A model generated the notes under the pieces. The model saw only the letters and a program-made list of their open reading frames with translations. It had not been told where the DNA came from and did not search any database. DNA of 64,000 nucleotides from an uncultured Bifidobacterium sp. (GTDB lineage Bacteria; Bacteroidota; Bacteroidia; AKYH767-A; OLB10), in contig CAZHSC010000005.1 of the NCBI GenBank assembly GCA_964534995.1, forward strand, positions 17,857-81,856, in the 5' to 3' direction. The position numbers and the translations under genes were made by a program. This document shows, piece by piece, positions 9,763 to 19,939 of the stretch (the stretch's first letter is position 1; each line of letters starts with the position of its first letter).

Positions 9763-11466
9763 CTACACCCTCTCCAACTCTTCCCACAATGCGAAACGCG
9801 ACGGATGATCTTTTTTAAGACGCTGGATGAGTGCTTCTACTCGTTTGCCTGCGCCGAGTTTTTTCATACGACGGAGGTAGCGACAGGCGTTTTTGTAGTG
9901 TCCGCGACCTACATTGTCTTTTAAGTATTGAATGATGCCGGTTTCGTATAGCAGGGCTATTTGCTCTGAATAGGTTTCAGGAAATAGTTTTTCATAACGT
10001 TCGAGACGCTGAAGGAATGGATGGTTTTGCAATAGCTCTAATAAACGATCCCACCATGCTTCCTTGATGTATATGTCCGCTATTCTATCTACATCCAACC
10101 ATCGACTTTTCGTGGTAATTTCATCTAACAGACCTTCAACAAATTGGTTCCACTCCCCCTTGTCCACTGTGGTTTTCAGTATGGAATAGTAATCCTGCTC
10201 ATGCATGAAATGATCCAGATACAGCATACGGGCGTATTCGATGATTTTTTCTTTATCGTTTTGTGCCAGCGCAATTTTCAATAACCAATCGTACCATCCT
10301 GCAGCCAGACCCGGTTTACTTTCTTTGTCCGCCTTGATGCCTTCATTGGCTAAACGGATTGCTTCTTTATAGTTCTTTGTCTTAATTGCTTCATCAATGG
10401 CATTGCGGCGAAATACAGGGTTGGACATATTCCTGCTAACAAAATCCGCAATTTCTTTTTCCGTTCCTGTTCTGCGCAATAGCGATAGTTTAAGTTCCTG
10501 CAGTTTTTCCCGGTCATATTTATTTTGTTGATGCTGATCCAGTAAACTATGTAAGGTACTTGTTTCAGCAACAGTTCTTTGTTGTGAAATCGCAAGGCCC
10601 AACATCGGGAGATGCCAATCCCAGCCGGCAAATATTTTACTGTTATAGGTGGAGATGCCGTAGTCAAAGATCATCTTCCGGATTTCTTCCGGTAACTCTT
10701 CGTTCGCTGTTTGAAATAGTAAACTCATCGCCTCTTCAATACAACTACCGATATCACCATTGCTGTCGTCAACAAATTGCAATGCCTCATTCATCTCTTC
10801 CAATACAGCAGCAGCAATAAAAAATGCAGATTGAAAATTACCTTTCTCCAATAGCCGCTGTGCGTTTACCAGCAGATTGTTTACCTCACGCCAAACCAAC
10901 GCGGTCTTGTTCCACGGAATAAATTTTCCTTTGCCACCTATACTTCGAAGAATGGCTTTAACCTGCGATGCATAAAACTTTTTAGTTTCACCACTGGTCT
11001 CTGAGCGGAAGGTCATTAGAAAAGTCTTCCTGAACTGTGAATCACGCAGAGTACATTCATGAATAAACGCGCACATCTCATCGAGTGTCAGCTTCTGCAA
11101 TATCTCATCTACCTGCTCCTGCACCGTTTTACGCTTTTTTGGTGGAGTCTTGGTTTTTACCTTCGTTGTTTTTTTCGAAGAAGGTACAATTTCCAGTATT
11201 TCCTGCTGCAAGAAAAACAGTGCGGCAGCTACATGCTTACAAACCGCCCCAAGATCATAAGGACAATCACAGGAGTAGTCCTGCACAATTTCGTTCTTTA
11301 TATGCAGTGTCACCGTATATACTTCCGAGCCTTCTACCTTAAATTCATATACTCCGGCTGAAATTTCATCCGGTTCATCTACACGACCGTTTTCAAAATA
11401 CGAAAGACCTCGTTTCAGAATGGCCTCATCAATATGTTGTTCAAATTCGTTTAAAGGGATTTGCAT
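9763..11466 (-). CDS. SWIM zinc-finger protein with Lys-rich linker and long helical C-terminal domain
   Basis: 567 aa. It carries the CxC-x7-CxH SWIM signature (CDCPYDLGAVCKH), then SSKKTTKVKTKTPPKKRK, then about 430 aa of helical repeats. Confidence 0.75.
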   Translation of the reverse strand: MQIPLNEFEQHIDEAILKRGLSYFENGRVDEPDEISAGVYEFKVEGSEVYTVTLHIKNEIVQDYSCDCPYDLGAVCKHVAAALFFLQQEILEIVPSSKKTTKVKTKTPPKKRKTVQEQVDEILQKLTLDEMCAFIHECTLRDSQFRKTFLMTFRSETSGETKKFYASQVKAILRSIGGKGKFIPWNKTALVWREVNNLLVNAQRLLEKGNFQSAFFIAAAVLEEMNEALQFVDDSNGDIGSCIEEAMSLLFQTANEELPEEIRKMIFDYGISTYNSKIFAGWDWHLPMLGLAISQQRTVAETSTLHSLLDQHQQNKYDREKLQELKLSLLRRTGTEKEIADFVSRNMSNPVFRRNAIDEAIKTKNYKEAIRLANEGIKADKESKPGLAAGWYDWLLKIALAQNDKEKIIEYARMLYLDHFMHEQDYYSILKTTVDKGEWNQFVEGLLDEITTKSRWLDVDRIADIYIKEAWWDRLLELLQNHPFLQRLERYEKLFPETYSEQIALLYETGIIQYLKDNVGRGHYKNACRYLRRMKKLGAGKRVEALIQRLKKDHPSRFALWEELERV

Positions 11467-11477
11467 GATTTGAAGAT

Positions 11478-12716
11478 TTAATTTGAATCAGGAGACAATA
11501 GCCACCGGAATACATTCATGTGAATAACACCCTTTTGGTTTTGAGTAAAGGAATCAGAAGTCAATAAATACTTTGGGTAGTTGTCATTTAATTTTTCCAA
11601 AGACTGGAATTCCCTCTTCGATGTTTCGGGCGAACTTAATAACCACGCTACCTGGAAATAGGTTAGTTCGCCATTGGGAGTTTTGCAAACAAAATCAACT
11701 TCACCAGACCTTGATGTTCCTGTCCAGATTTTATAACCACGTCGCAAGAGTTCAAGATAAACTACATTCTCCAGAATATGTCCACGATCAGCAGTACGTT
11801 CTTTTCCAACCAGTATATTTAATAATCCCGGATCTACCAGATAATACTTTTCTTGTGTTGCCAGTTGTTTCCTTCCCTTTAAATCAAAGCGGTTTACTTT
11901 ATAGAATACAAAACCTGCAACGAGATATTCGAGGTATTTATCAACGGTTGAATGATGGATTTGTTGACCATCAGTCTTTAGCGCCTTGGATATGTTACCC
12001 GGAGAAAGGGCACTTCCAATTTGAGAAGCCATAAACCTTACGATATTTTCGAAGGCACGTTTGTTGTTTATCTGATGACGTTGTGAAATGTCTTTTTCAA
12101 TAATACTGGTATAAATTGCCTGCAGATACTCGTAAATTTTATCATGTCCTCCTTCACGTAATTCCACCCCTTTGGGCAATGATGTTTCGTTTACATAGTC
12201 AAAAAACAACGCTTCATAGTCAAGATATTTATTGTCAATTTCAATTTTTCGTGCGATCAAATATTCTTTGAATGAAAAAGGAAGTAATGAAATCTCAATA
12301 TACCTGCCACTTAAAAGCGTAGCCAGTTCACCCGAAAGCAACAATGCATTGGATCCGGTAATATATACATCCATGTTAGGTTTAACATATAATCCATCTA
12401 CCAATCTTTCGAATCCATTTACATTCTGCACTTCATCAAGAAAGACATAATTAGGTTTTTCTTTGTCGAGTCGACTTACTATATATTCATACAAACCATC
12501 CAGGTCATTCAGATACCGTCGATATTCGAAATCTTCAAAGTTTATAGATAAAATCTGGCTGTCGGCTACGCCCATCTCCCGTAAGGTTCGTCGATACAGT
12601 TCCAATAAGGTGCTCTTGCCGCTTCGTCGTAATCCTGTCACCACCTTAATTAGGTCTAAATCTTTGTATGACAATAATTTAGCCGTGTATTCTGTCCGTT
12701 CGATATATTCTGCCAT
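11478..12716 (-). CDS. AAA-family ATPase with C-terminal DUF4143 / PD-(D/E)xK-like domain
   Basis: 412 aa with Walker A GLRRSGKST, Walker B YVFLDEVQ and C-terminal GEVDFVCK. It is visibly AT-rich and lies 11 nt upstream of the SWIM gene on the same strand. Confidence 0.8.
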   Translation of the reverse strand: MAEYIERTEYTAKLLSYKDLDLIKVVTGLRRSGKSTLLELYRRTLREMGVADSQILSINFEDFEYRRYLNDLDGLYEYIVSRLDKEKPNYVFLDEVQNVNGFERLVDGLYVKPNMDVYITGSNALLLSGELATLLSGRYIEISLLPFSFKEYLIARKIEIDNKYLDYEALFFDYVNETSLPKGVELREGGHDKIYEYLQAIYTSIIEKDISQRHQINNKRAFENIVRFMASQIGSALSPGNISKALKTDGQQIHHSTVDKYLEYLVAGFVFYKVNRFDLKGRKQLATQEKYYLVDPGLLNILVGKERTADRGHILENVVYLELLRRGYKIWTGTSRSGEVDFVCKTPNGELTYFQVAWLLSSPETSKREFQSLEKLNDNYPKYLLTSDSFTQNQKGVIHMNVFRWLLSPDSN

Positions 12717-12732
12717 ACTATAAAGATACTAC

Positions 12733-12966
12733 TTAAATTATCAAAACTTGCAAAATAAGCAAGTTTTGATAATTTATCGGCTTACTAAACGCAGAAAATC
12801 CAGCCATAATATCCCCTAAAAGCCCCCCCTTTGATTCGTTCGTCTTCCCCCTCACTTCATACACCGTCTTCCGTTTATCTCCTTTTTTCTTTAACAACTT
12901 CAGTTCCGTTCCTTTTAACAGATCCCTTGAAGCGGTGGCTGGCGAAAGCGACTTAAATACATTCAT
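12733..12966 (-). pseudogene. Possible remnant of a winged-helix C-terminal domain from a Fic/RecG-C-like regulator
   Basis: 77-aa ORF. Its first ~40 aa (SPATASRDLLKGTELKLLKKKGDKRKTVYEV) resemble the C-terminal wHTH of larger proteins. No N-terminal part is present. Confidence 0.3.
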
Positions 12967-13233
12967 GTATTCCTGGTCAGGTGGTTGGCATTTACCTCCC
13001 CAAGCTTAATCGAAACTGAACTTATCAGGTTTAATATGCGTGGCGTTAACTGATAGGGAGGATTCACTGATAGTATCATATGATACTATCAAAAGTAAAT
13101 AAATACAGAACTATGTGCACTGATCAAATGCTTTGATCTCCATTAACTATTAAGGATTCAAAGTAAAAAAATGCCTATTATGACGGTATTTATTTGTAAT
13201 TCCGTTATTTACAATTTTCATTCAATAATTATT

Positions 13234-13285
13234 TTGCGCAACCAAATAATTGCACATATATTTGCAACCATATTGTTGCGCAAAT
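13234..13285 (+). promoter_or_regulatory. Inverted repeats (TTGCGCAAC ... GTTGCGCAA), candidate ArsR operator/promoter
   Basis: Two 9-bp arms (13234-13242 and 13275-13283) and a nested ATTTGCAAC-N6-GTTGCGCAAAT near-palindrome, ending 5 nt before the ArsR ATG. Confidence 0.45.
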
Positions 13286-13289
13286 TACA

Positions 13290-13616
13290 ATGGAAACCAG
13301 AAGAGACGTCTTCAGTGCCTTAGCTGATCCTACACGGCGGGCGATCATTCTCCTCCTGGCTGTTGGCTCCATGACACCCAACGCGATGGCAGCACATTTC
13401 GACAGCAGCCGGCAGGCAATATCCAAACACCTGCAGGTGCTTACCGAATGTGAAATCGTGTTTCCTGATCAGCAGGGACGTGAGATCTACTACCACTTAA
13501 ATGCCGATAAAATGAAAGAAGTAGAAAAGTGGTTACTGCAATTTAAACAGATGCTGGCGAAACGTTTCGAACAGCTGGATACCGTACTTGACAAACTAAA
13601 ATCGAACCGCAAATGA
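13290..13616 (+). CDS. ArsR/SmtB-family transcriptional regulator
   Basis: 108 aa with [16 protein letters not shown] and the [22 protein letters not shown]. It overlaps the next gene by 4 nt (ATGA). Confidence 0.9.
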   Translation: METRRDVFSALADPTRRAIILLLAVGSMTPNAMAAHFDSSRQAISKHLQVLTECEIVFPDQQGREIYYHLNADKMKEVEKWLLQFKQMLAKRFEQLDTVLDKLKSNRK

Positions 13617-14575
13617 ACAAGGCTATCCTCTTTAACTTTTTTGTAGATAAGGAAAAAAATCAAATTACCGTTGATCGTTCTTTCAACGCACCTATCGATC
13701 TTGTTTGGGCTGCCTGGACCGAGTCCGACCTCCTCGATCAGTGGTGGGCACCGAAACCGTATCAGTCGGTCACCCAATCACAGGATTTTCGTGAAGGAGG
13801 CAAGTGGCTTTATTATATGTTGAGTCCTGAGGGAGATAAGCATTGGTGTTATTTCGTATATGAAAAAATTACGCCGATGTCTTACTTCGGTGGTCATGAT
13901 TCATTTTGCGATGAAGAGGGAAAACCGAATACCTCGAAACCCATCGTACACTGGGGGAACACATTCCATGATCAGGGCGACAGCACCACGGTAAATCTTG
14001 TGCTGCAATTCAAATCATTGGAGGACCTCGAAGCGATTATTCAAATGGGTTTCAAAGAGGGATTCACGGCCGGACTCGAAAACCTAGATCAATACATCGC
14101 TGCACAATTCTATTTACGCAAGCGCAGCAAGCCGGATAACAAAGCACGTGTATCCACTTACTTAAATTTTCCGGGCAATACCGAAGAAGCATTTCTCTTT
14201 TATCGCTCCGTATTCAAATCAGAATTCGTGGATGGCATTCATCGGTTTGGTGAATTGCCTGCGGATCCGAATCAACCACCAATGTCTGAATCATTGAAGA
14301 ATATGGTGATACATGTTGAACTGCCATTATACGGTGGACATATTCTGATGGGCACTGATGCTCCCAAAGAAATGGGATTCACCGTAACGCAGGGCAACAA
14401 CATGCACATCAATCTGGAACCCGATTCAAAAGTGGAAGCTGACCGGATATTCAAGGAACTATCTGCAGGAGGTGCGGTGAGCATGCCGATGCAGGATATG
14501 TTCTGGGGTGCTTACTTCGGAAGCTTTACGGATAAATTCGGGATTAACTGGATGATAAATTATCAGGCGAAATAA
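13613..14575 (+). CDS. Fusion protein: SRPBCC (AHSA1-like) domain + VOC/PhnB-like domain
   Basis: 320 aa. The N-half ([21 protein letters not shown]) looks like the Aha1/SRPBCC family. The C-half ([21 protein letters not shown] ... FGINWMINY) looks like a PhnB/3-demethylubiquinone-MT-like VOC fold. Confidence 0.7.
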   Translation: MNKAILFNFFVDKEKNQITVDRSFNAPIDLVWAAWTESDLLDQWWAPKPYQSVTQSQDFREGGKWLYYMLSPEGDKHWCYFVYEKITPMSYFGGHDSFCDEEGKPNTSKPIVHWGNTFHDQGDSTTVNLVLQFKSLEDLEAIIQMGFKEGFTAGLENLDQYIAAQFYLRKRSKPDNKARVSTYLNFPGNTEEAFLFYRSVFKSEFVDGIHRFGELPADPNQPPMSESLKNMVIHVELPLYGGHILMGTDAPKEMGFTVTQGNNMHINLEPDSKVEADRIFKELSAGGAVSMPMQDMFWGAYFGSFTDKFGINWMINYQAK

Positions 14576-14590
14576 CAATAATACAGAATA

Positions 14591-14614
14591 AGCCCCGGCG
14601 TAAAATCCGGGGCT
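14591..14614. terminator. Hairpin between convergent genes, a possible bidirectional terminator
   Basis: AGCCCCGG-N8-CCGGGGCT, an 8-bp perfect stem. There is no clean T-run on the plus strand and a T-rich tract on the minus strand. Confidence 0.45.
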
Positions 14615-14708
14615 TAAAGAATCCGGCACATCCTGTTTGGCAGGAGGCTATGATAAAGTTTAAAAGGTGCCTTGATTAAACGAAGTATCGCAACACGCTT
14701 CCATCCAA

Positions 14709-16589
14709 TCAACGAATGACCATCTGGCGGGACTTAATGATACGCCCATCGATAATCAGAGTTGCAGTGTACATACCAGGTCCGGAAGCATGGTTATACT
14801 CATATTGAAAATCACCGGTAGCAGCGATAACGGTACTCCGTATTTCCTTTCCATCTGAAGAAGTGATGATGAGTTCCGCATGCCCTGAACCGGCAGGAAT
14901 ATACCCATAGAAGCTGGTCCTGTCATGAAAGGGATTGGGTAAATTCTGTTCGAGCGAAGCCGGTCTGGGATCCGCAACTCCGATAGCCGGCAGCTGTGCC
15001 TTTCCGGTGGCAGCAGTCCGTTCGCAGCAATGATTCATATCTTCACGGATAGCAAGTACAAGTTTGCGCAGGTCATCCATCTCCTGCTGCTGCTTTCTGA
15101 TCTGTTCTTCCTTACGATCCACTTCTTGCTTTAATTCCAGTACCGAATTAATCAGAATGAAATCCATGGCACCATAATCAACACCAAGGTATTCCGTTTG
15201 CTTTCCTGTTTTCTCATCGGTATTTACAAATGGCTTAATCATATACGGGGCCGCTTCACGCAGCTCCTGGGCCAGCGTACCCACAAATTCTTCGTTGATT
15301 GGCGTATGCGCCTCCCCGTTATACCGGAAGCGTACCGGATGTATTTTTTCAAGTACACTGAGTCCGTCGGTGAATTCACGTACATCGGTCTTGAGCCTTG
15401 CATCGCTGCTGACGGTCCAGGCGGAAGAACCGGGCTTGGCGGCAGAGTTCGTCGCCACTTCCAGCTGGAAAGCGGGCGTTATATTACCGATACCCACATT
15501 GCCGTTGCCGGTCATGACCATCACATCTCCAAAGCCACTATTGAAAAAGTTCATACGGGCAGAGGATGGTGTGGCATTGGCAAGTCCTGCCAACGCCCAG
15601 TAATTGCCGGTCTGGGTGTTCTGAAAATGAATACGTGCATAATCTGCACCCTGTTCACGCAGGAGAAGCTGTGGAGAAGAACCGGAACTGTTATAGTCTA
15701 CATGCAGCCGTGCGGCTGGTAAAGTGCTTCCAATTCCAACCTTAATATTACTGGTATCTCCCAGCACCATGCTGTTACTTTGACTAACCTTGCTTCCTGC
15801 TCCGATGGCCACCGCATTGGTCAGGTTATCTGTCAAAGAAGCATAGGCGCCCAATAATACACAGTTGTTCCCGGAAGCAATATTGGCAGCTGTACCCGAG
15901 CCTATAAAAGTATTTGACATACCGGATGTCAGGGATTGAGCTGTACCGGCTCCCATCGCTACATTGTTGCTTCCGCTCATCAGGCTATACACCGAGTTTG
16001 ATCCCATGATCGTGTTATTGCTCCCATTAACTAATCCTGCCAGTGAAGAACGACCTACGACTGTATTGTCATGGCCTGTAGTGTTGGATGTCAAAGCGGC
16101 AGCACCTATTGCTGTATTTCCATTGCCGCTTGAGTTTGCACTCAGCGAATTATATCCAAACGCGCTGTTTCCAAACCCTGAGGTATCTGCCAAAAGAGCA
16201 TTTTCGCCAAAACCGGAATTGCCATAACCCGTGGTAATGGCATTGCCGCTATGATATCCTGCAAACACATTGACACCGCCACGCGTGTGGAAAGCCCGGG
16301 TTGCATTGATATAAAGTCCGGAATCTTTTGCCAGATTCATATTTCCATTGACATCCAGCTTGAATAGCGGACTTGAAGTCCCTATTCCAATTTTTCCGTT
16401 GGCGGTAATGTACAAGCGGACCTGGTTGTTGGTCTTCACTTTCAATGCCTTGTTATCGAGTGTACCTATAAAATTACTGGCCGGATTTGTTCCGGCGTTT
16501 CCGGTTAAACTCCATTGTGCCTGCACTGCGTTAATAGTAGCCGTCAGCACAACTAATGTCAGGCAAAGGGTGAGATTAAGGTTTTTCAT
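14709..16589 (-). CDS. Secreted trimeric-fibre-like adhesin: YadA-head-like repeats + peptidase S74 intramolecular chaperone domain + T9SS C-terminal sorting domain
   Basis: 626 aa with a signal peptide. It has degenerate NxAxG repeats (GNSAFGYNSL, GNTAIGAAAL, DNTVVGRSSL, ...) and an SSDARLKTDV autocleavage-type motif with a downstream coiled coil. The C-terminal NLPNPF...IKSRQMVIR looks like a T9SS CTD. Confidence 0.75.
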   Translation of the reverse strand: MKNLNLTLCLTLVVLTATINAVQAQWSLTGNAGTNPASNFIGTLDNKALKVKTNNQVRLYITANGKIGIGTSSPLFKLDVNGNMNLAKDSGLYINATRAFHTRGGVNVFAGYHSGNAITTGYGNSGFGENALLADTSGFGNSAFGYNSLSANSSGNGNTAIGAAALTSNTTGHDNTVVGRSSLAGLVNGSNNTIMGSNSVYSLMSGSNNVAMGAGTAQSLTSGMSNTFIGSGTAANIASGNNCVLLGAYASLTDNLTNAVAIGAGSKVSQSNSMVLGDTSNIKVGIGSTLPAARLHVDYNSSGSSPQLLLREQGADYARIHFQNTQTGNYWALAGLANATPSSARMNFFNSGFGDVMVMTGNGNVGIGNITPAFQLEVATNSAAKPGSSAWTVSSDARLKTDVREFTDGLSVLEKIHPVRFRYNGEAHTPINEEFVGTLAQELREAAPYMIKPFVNTDEKTGKQTEYLGVDYGAMDFILINSVLELKQEVDRKEEQIRKQQQEMDDLRKLVLAIREDMNHCCERTAATGKAQLPAIGVADPRPASLEQNLPNPFHDRTSFYGYIPAGSGHAELIITSSDGKEIRSTVIAATGDFQYEYNHASGPGMYTATLIIDGRIIKSRQMVIR

Positions 16590-16744
16590 GGTCTTGTGTA
16601 TTTACCGGTAAAACTATTTTTCCTACAGCAGCCGGAATGGGGCATTGAGCAAATGCGGGATCTTGTTGAGCGGAATGCTGTTTTGCCTTATTTAAATACT
16701 TTTTATTCATCGCCGGAAGTACTTACTTTGTAAATGACCGGACT

Positions 16745-19700
16745 ATGATCTTCCACTGCCAAAAACGATTTTTCCTAACGGGAGCTTTCCTCCTGCTTTC
16801 GACCCTTTCCGTTTTTTCACAGATTTATAATTACTACCATCTGACCATCAATGACGGCCTTCCATCCAATAAGGTCTCGGCCATTACGCAGGACCCTGAT
16901 GGTTTCATGTATTTCGCCACGAAGGATGGGCTGGTAAAATATGATGGTGAAAGGATGAAGGTAATTACACATTCCCCATCCGATACTTCTTCCATTCCCC
17001 GCAACAGCATCAAAGGACTGCTCAGGGGCAGTAAGGGTGAAATTTGGTGCACGCATGATAAATATGGTCTCTCCGCGCTTCATCCCGGCACCGGCAGGTT
17101 CCGTAGATTTGAATTTAAAAAGATCACGGCCAACAGGCAGTTTGCGGGCTATATTAACAATCTTCACGAAGGCCCGGATGGAAAAATTTATGCCTGTACC
17201 TTTGGTGATGGACAGTCGGTATTTATTATTGATCCCGCTACAGGGGCCATGCGACAGTTTTTTTTAAACGATTATGACCCCGGGCATCTTCTCAATAAAA
17301 ATGCATTGCAGGTAATCAATCTCCATTTCTACAATGATACTTTATGGCTGTTTGGGACGACGCAGGGACTTGTTTTATTCAACCCCGTAAAAAAAAGCGT
17401 CCGGAAATTACTTCAGGTTGTACCTGACAGTCTCGAAAACTGGGCCAATTTCTTTGATGGATTCCTTCCCGCCGCTGATGGTTCGCTCTACATGGGCACC
17501 TGGGGAAGCGGTTTGTATCGCTATCACCCGTCTACACAAAAACTGGAATCTTTTAAGAAGGTCAGTAACTGGGTCGATTTAAGCGCCTGCTCCCCCCAGC
17601 TTTTCGTTAATGATTCAACGATACTGGTAACGGGATGGGATGCTTTTCTCTTTAACATTCATACCGGGGAGATAACCTGTGAAAAACAAGACCTCCTGAA
17701 TAAATATGCCATTTCAGGGAAAGCCAACAGCGCCTATCGCTCCGCCGATGGCACCATCTGGCTGAGCACTTTATCGGGAGTAAATTATTTCCATCCCGCA
17801 AAAAATGATTTTAAAACCATCTATTTTGCCGGTGAAACAGAGCGCTTAAAAATCGACCCTAAGCGCGAGCAATTCTGGATATGGTATGACCCGGCCACAC
17901 ATCTCTACGTCATCAACTACTATCTGCACAAAGAAACAAAACGCAGGTTTATCCTCTCGGTATATGACGATCACTTCCGGCATCTCTATGACCTTCCACA
18001 TCCGCTCACCAATGAAAATACAATACTCAGTGTAACGGGTGATTTAAAAGGCAAGGTGTTTTTTTCCGGCACCCTGGGTGATAAATCCGCCATTTCTATG
18101 CTGGATTTGCGCAGTGTTCATCCGGCACCGGTGATCATAGCGAAAGCCGATATTGATGCGCTCTGGATCAACAAATTGTCGGTCTTTGGGGATACCCTGA
18201 TTGTTACGGACCTCCTCCATTCAAGGCTTGCGGGCTATCACACATCAGATCATAAGTTACTTTTCAATAAAACACTAACCTGGCAGCAAAAGAAGAGATA
18301 TCACTATAAAGATGCAGCGATTGTGGAAGATCGCAGGCGGAACTGTTTATGGGCGCTGGATACGCAGGGGCCTTTTGCCATTTCCCTGTCTGATGCCACG
18401 GCAGGAAAAGTACTTGCCGGACGATTGGATGAATTGACGGATAACAAGCCCTCCTGTTATGCGATCACACTGGATGATAAGGACCAACTCTGGATCAGTC
18501 ATTCCGGCGGCATTACTTCCCTGCATCCCGATTCCAACATCGTATTGACACATTTCAACGAGGGACAACTTCCTTCCGTAAACTCACTGCAGTTATTCTA
18601 TGATTCTTCAGGATTCATCTGGAGCGATTGCAGTAAGGGTTTGTTGCGGCTGGATGTGAACACCGGCCTCGTACAGCTCTTCAACAGCGACAAAGGACTG
18701 CAACCCCAGTGCTATCCCGGTACATCCTCCATGCCGGCGAATGGGAAAATGATTATTCCCTTTGCCGGGGGCTTGCTCTGGTACGACACACGCAAGCAGG
18801 AAGAGTTGCCTGTACCGCGTCCGCCCCTAATCATTGCTATCAGCTCCCGCAACGATGCAGAGGTTCCTTCAACAACGGTTTTTAAAGACACCCTGCTGAT
18901 GAGGCCTTATGATAAAAACAACATCACCATCGCTTACTCATCCATGAATTACAGAAGATCCGCATTTATGCGTTATGCCTGTAAACTGGATGGCATAGAT
19001 CCTGATTTCAACCCAACCACAGCGGCATCTATCAGCTATACCGGTCTCCCTCCCGGAAAATACCTGTTTCATGTAAAGAGTTCGACCGACGGAAAACATT
19101 GGAGCGAAGAACGGCAACTTACGATCATCATCACGCCACCATGGTATCAAACCTGGTGGTTCAGGATCATACTGGGTCTGATATTGACGGGCATACTCAC
19201 CGGCATTTACCGCATGCGTATTCGCCAGGTGAAAAAGGATGAGCGGCTGCGGTCGGAATTTCACCGGCAGATAACCGAGATGGAAATGACAGCGCTCCGC
19301 TCGCAGATGAACCCGCATTTCATTTTCAACTCCCTCAACAGCATTAACCGCTATGTCATGCAAAACGACCGGTTGACGGCATCAGAATATATAGCCAAAT
19401 TCGGGAAACTGATGCGTAACGTACTGGATAACTCAAAATATAAAAGCATCTCGCTGCAACAGGAGCTGGAAACTCTTGAATTATACCTGGAGCTGGAAAA
19501 GCTGCGCTTCGAAGATAAGTTTGAATACCGTGTGCATATTGACGAAGAGGTGGATATAAGCAGTATACAAATTCCACCCATGCTGCTGCAACCCTTCGCG
19601 GAGAACAGCATCTGGCACGGACTCATGCATAAACAGGAAAAGGGATTATTATTAATAAAAGTTTCGATGCTGCCGGATGGGATTCTTGAAATTACCATTG

Positions 19701-19939
19701 AAGATGATGGCATTGGCCGTGCAAAAGCGACTGAACTGCGAAGCAAGAAAAACACCCGGCATTCGCATGGCATGCAACTGACCACCGACCGCATACGCTT
19801 ACTGAACGAATTATACCGGCAGGAAAACAGGATCATTGTTAACGATCTGATAGCAGATGACGGAACAGCCGCCGGTACCCGGGTGAAATTACAAATACAG
19901 TTAAAAAAAGAGAAGTATGATCAAAGCGCTGCTAATTGA
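16745..19939 (+). CDS. Hybrid sensor: two-component-regulator propeller repeats + Y_Y_Y domain + TM + LytS-type histidine kinase
   Basis: 1064 aa with a signal peptide and about 750 aa of periplasmic beta-propeller-like repeats. A TM helix (WWFRIILGLILTGILTGIY) follows, then the His_kinase motif (MNPHFIFNSLNSI) and a HATPase N-box region (ENSIWHG). Confidence 0.85.
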   Translation: MIFHCQKRFFLTGAFLLLSTLSVFSQIYNYYHLTINDGLPSNKVSAITQDPDGFMYFATKDGLVKYDGERMKVITHSPSDTSSIPRNSIKGLLRGSKGEIWCTHDKYGLSALHPGTGRFRRFEFKKITANRQFAGYINNLHEGPDGKIYACTFGDGQSVFIIDPATGAMRQFFLNDYDPGHLLNKNALQVINLHFYNDTLWLFGTTQGLVLFNPVKKSVRKLLQVVPDSLENWANFFDGFLPAADGSLYMGTWGSGLYRYHPSTQKLESFKKVSNWVDLSACSPQLFVNDSTILVTGWDAFLFNIHTGEITCEKQDLLNKYAISGKANSAYRSADGTIWLSTLSGVNYFHPAKNDFKTIYFAGETERLKIDPKREQFWIWYDPATHLYVINYYLHKETKRRFILSVYDDHFRHLYDLPHPLTNENTILSVTGDLKGKVFFSGTLGDKSAISMLDLRSVHPAPVIIAKADIDALWINKLSVFGDTLIVTDLLHSRLAGYHTSDHKLLFNKTLTWQQKKRYHYKDAAIVEDRRRNCLWALDTQGPFAISLSDATAGKVLAGRLDELTDNKPSCYAITLDDKDQLWISHSGGITSLHPDSNIVLTHFNEGQLPSVNSLQLFYDSSGFIWSDCSKGLLRLDVNTGLVQLFNSDKGLQPQCYPGTSSMPANGKMIIPFAGGLLWYDTRKQEELPVPRPPLIIAISSRNDAEVPSTTVFKDTLLMRPYDKNNITIAYSSMNYRRSAFMRYACKLDGIDPDFNPTTAASISYTGLPPGKYLFHVKSSTDGKHWSEERQLTIIITPPWYQTWWFRIILGLILTGILTGIYRMRIRQVKKDERLRSEFHRQITEMEMTALRSQMNPHFIFNSLNSINRYVMQNDRLTASEYIAKFGKLMRNVLDNSKYKSISLQQELETLELYLELEKLRFEDKFEYRVHIDEEVDISSIQIPPMLLQPFAENSIWHGLMHKQEKGLLLIKVSMLPDGILEITIEDDGIGRAKATELRSKKNTRHSHGMQLTTDRIRLLNELYRQENRIIVNDLIADDGTAAGTRVKLQIQLKKEKYDQSAAN

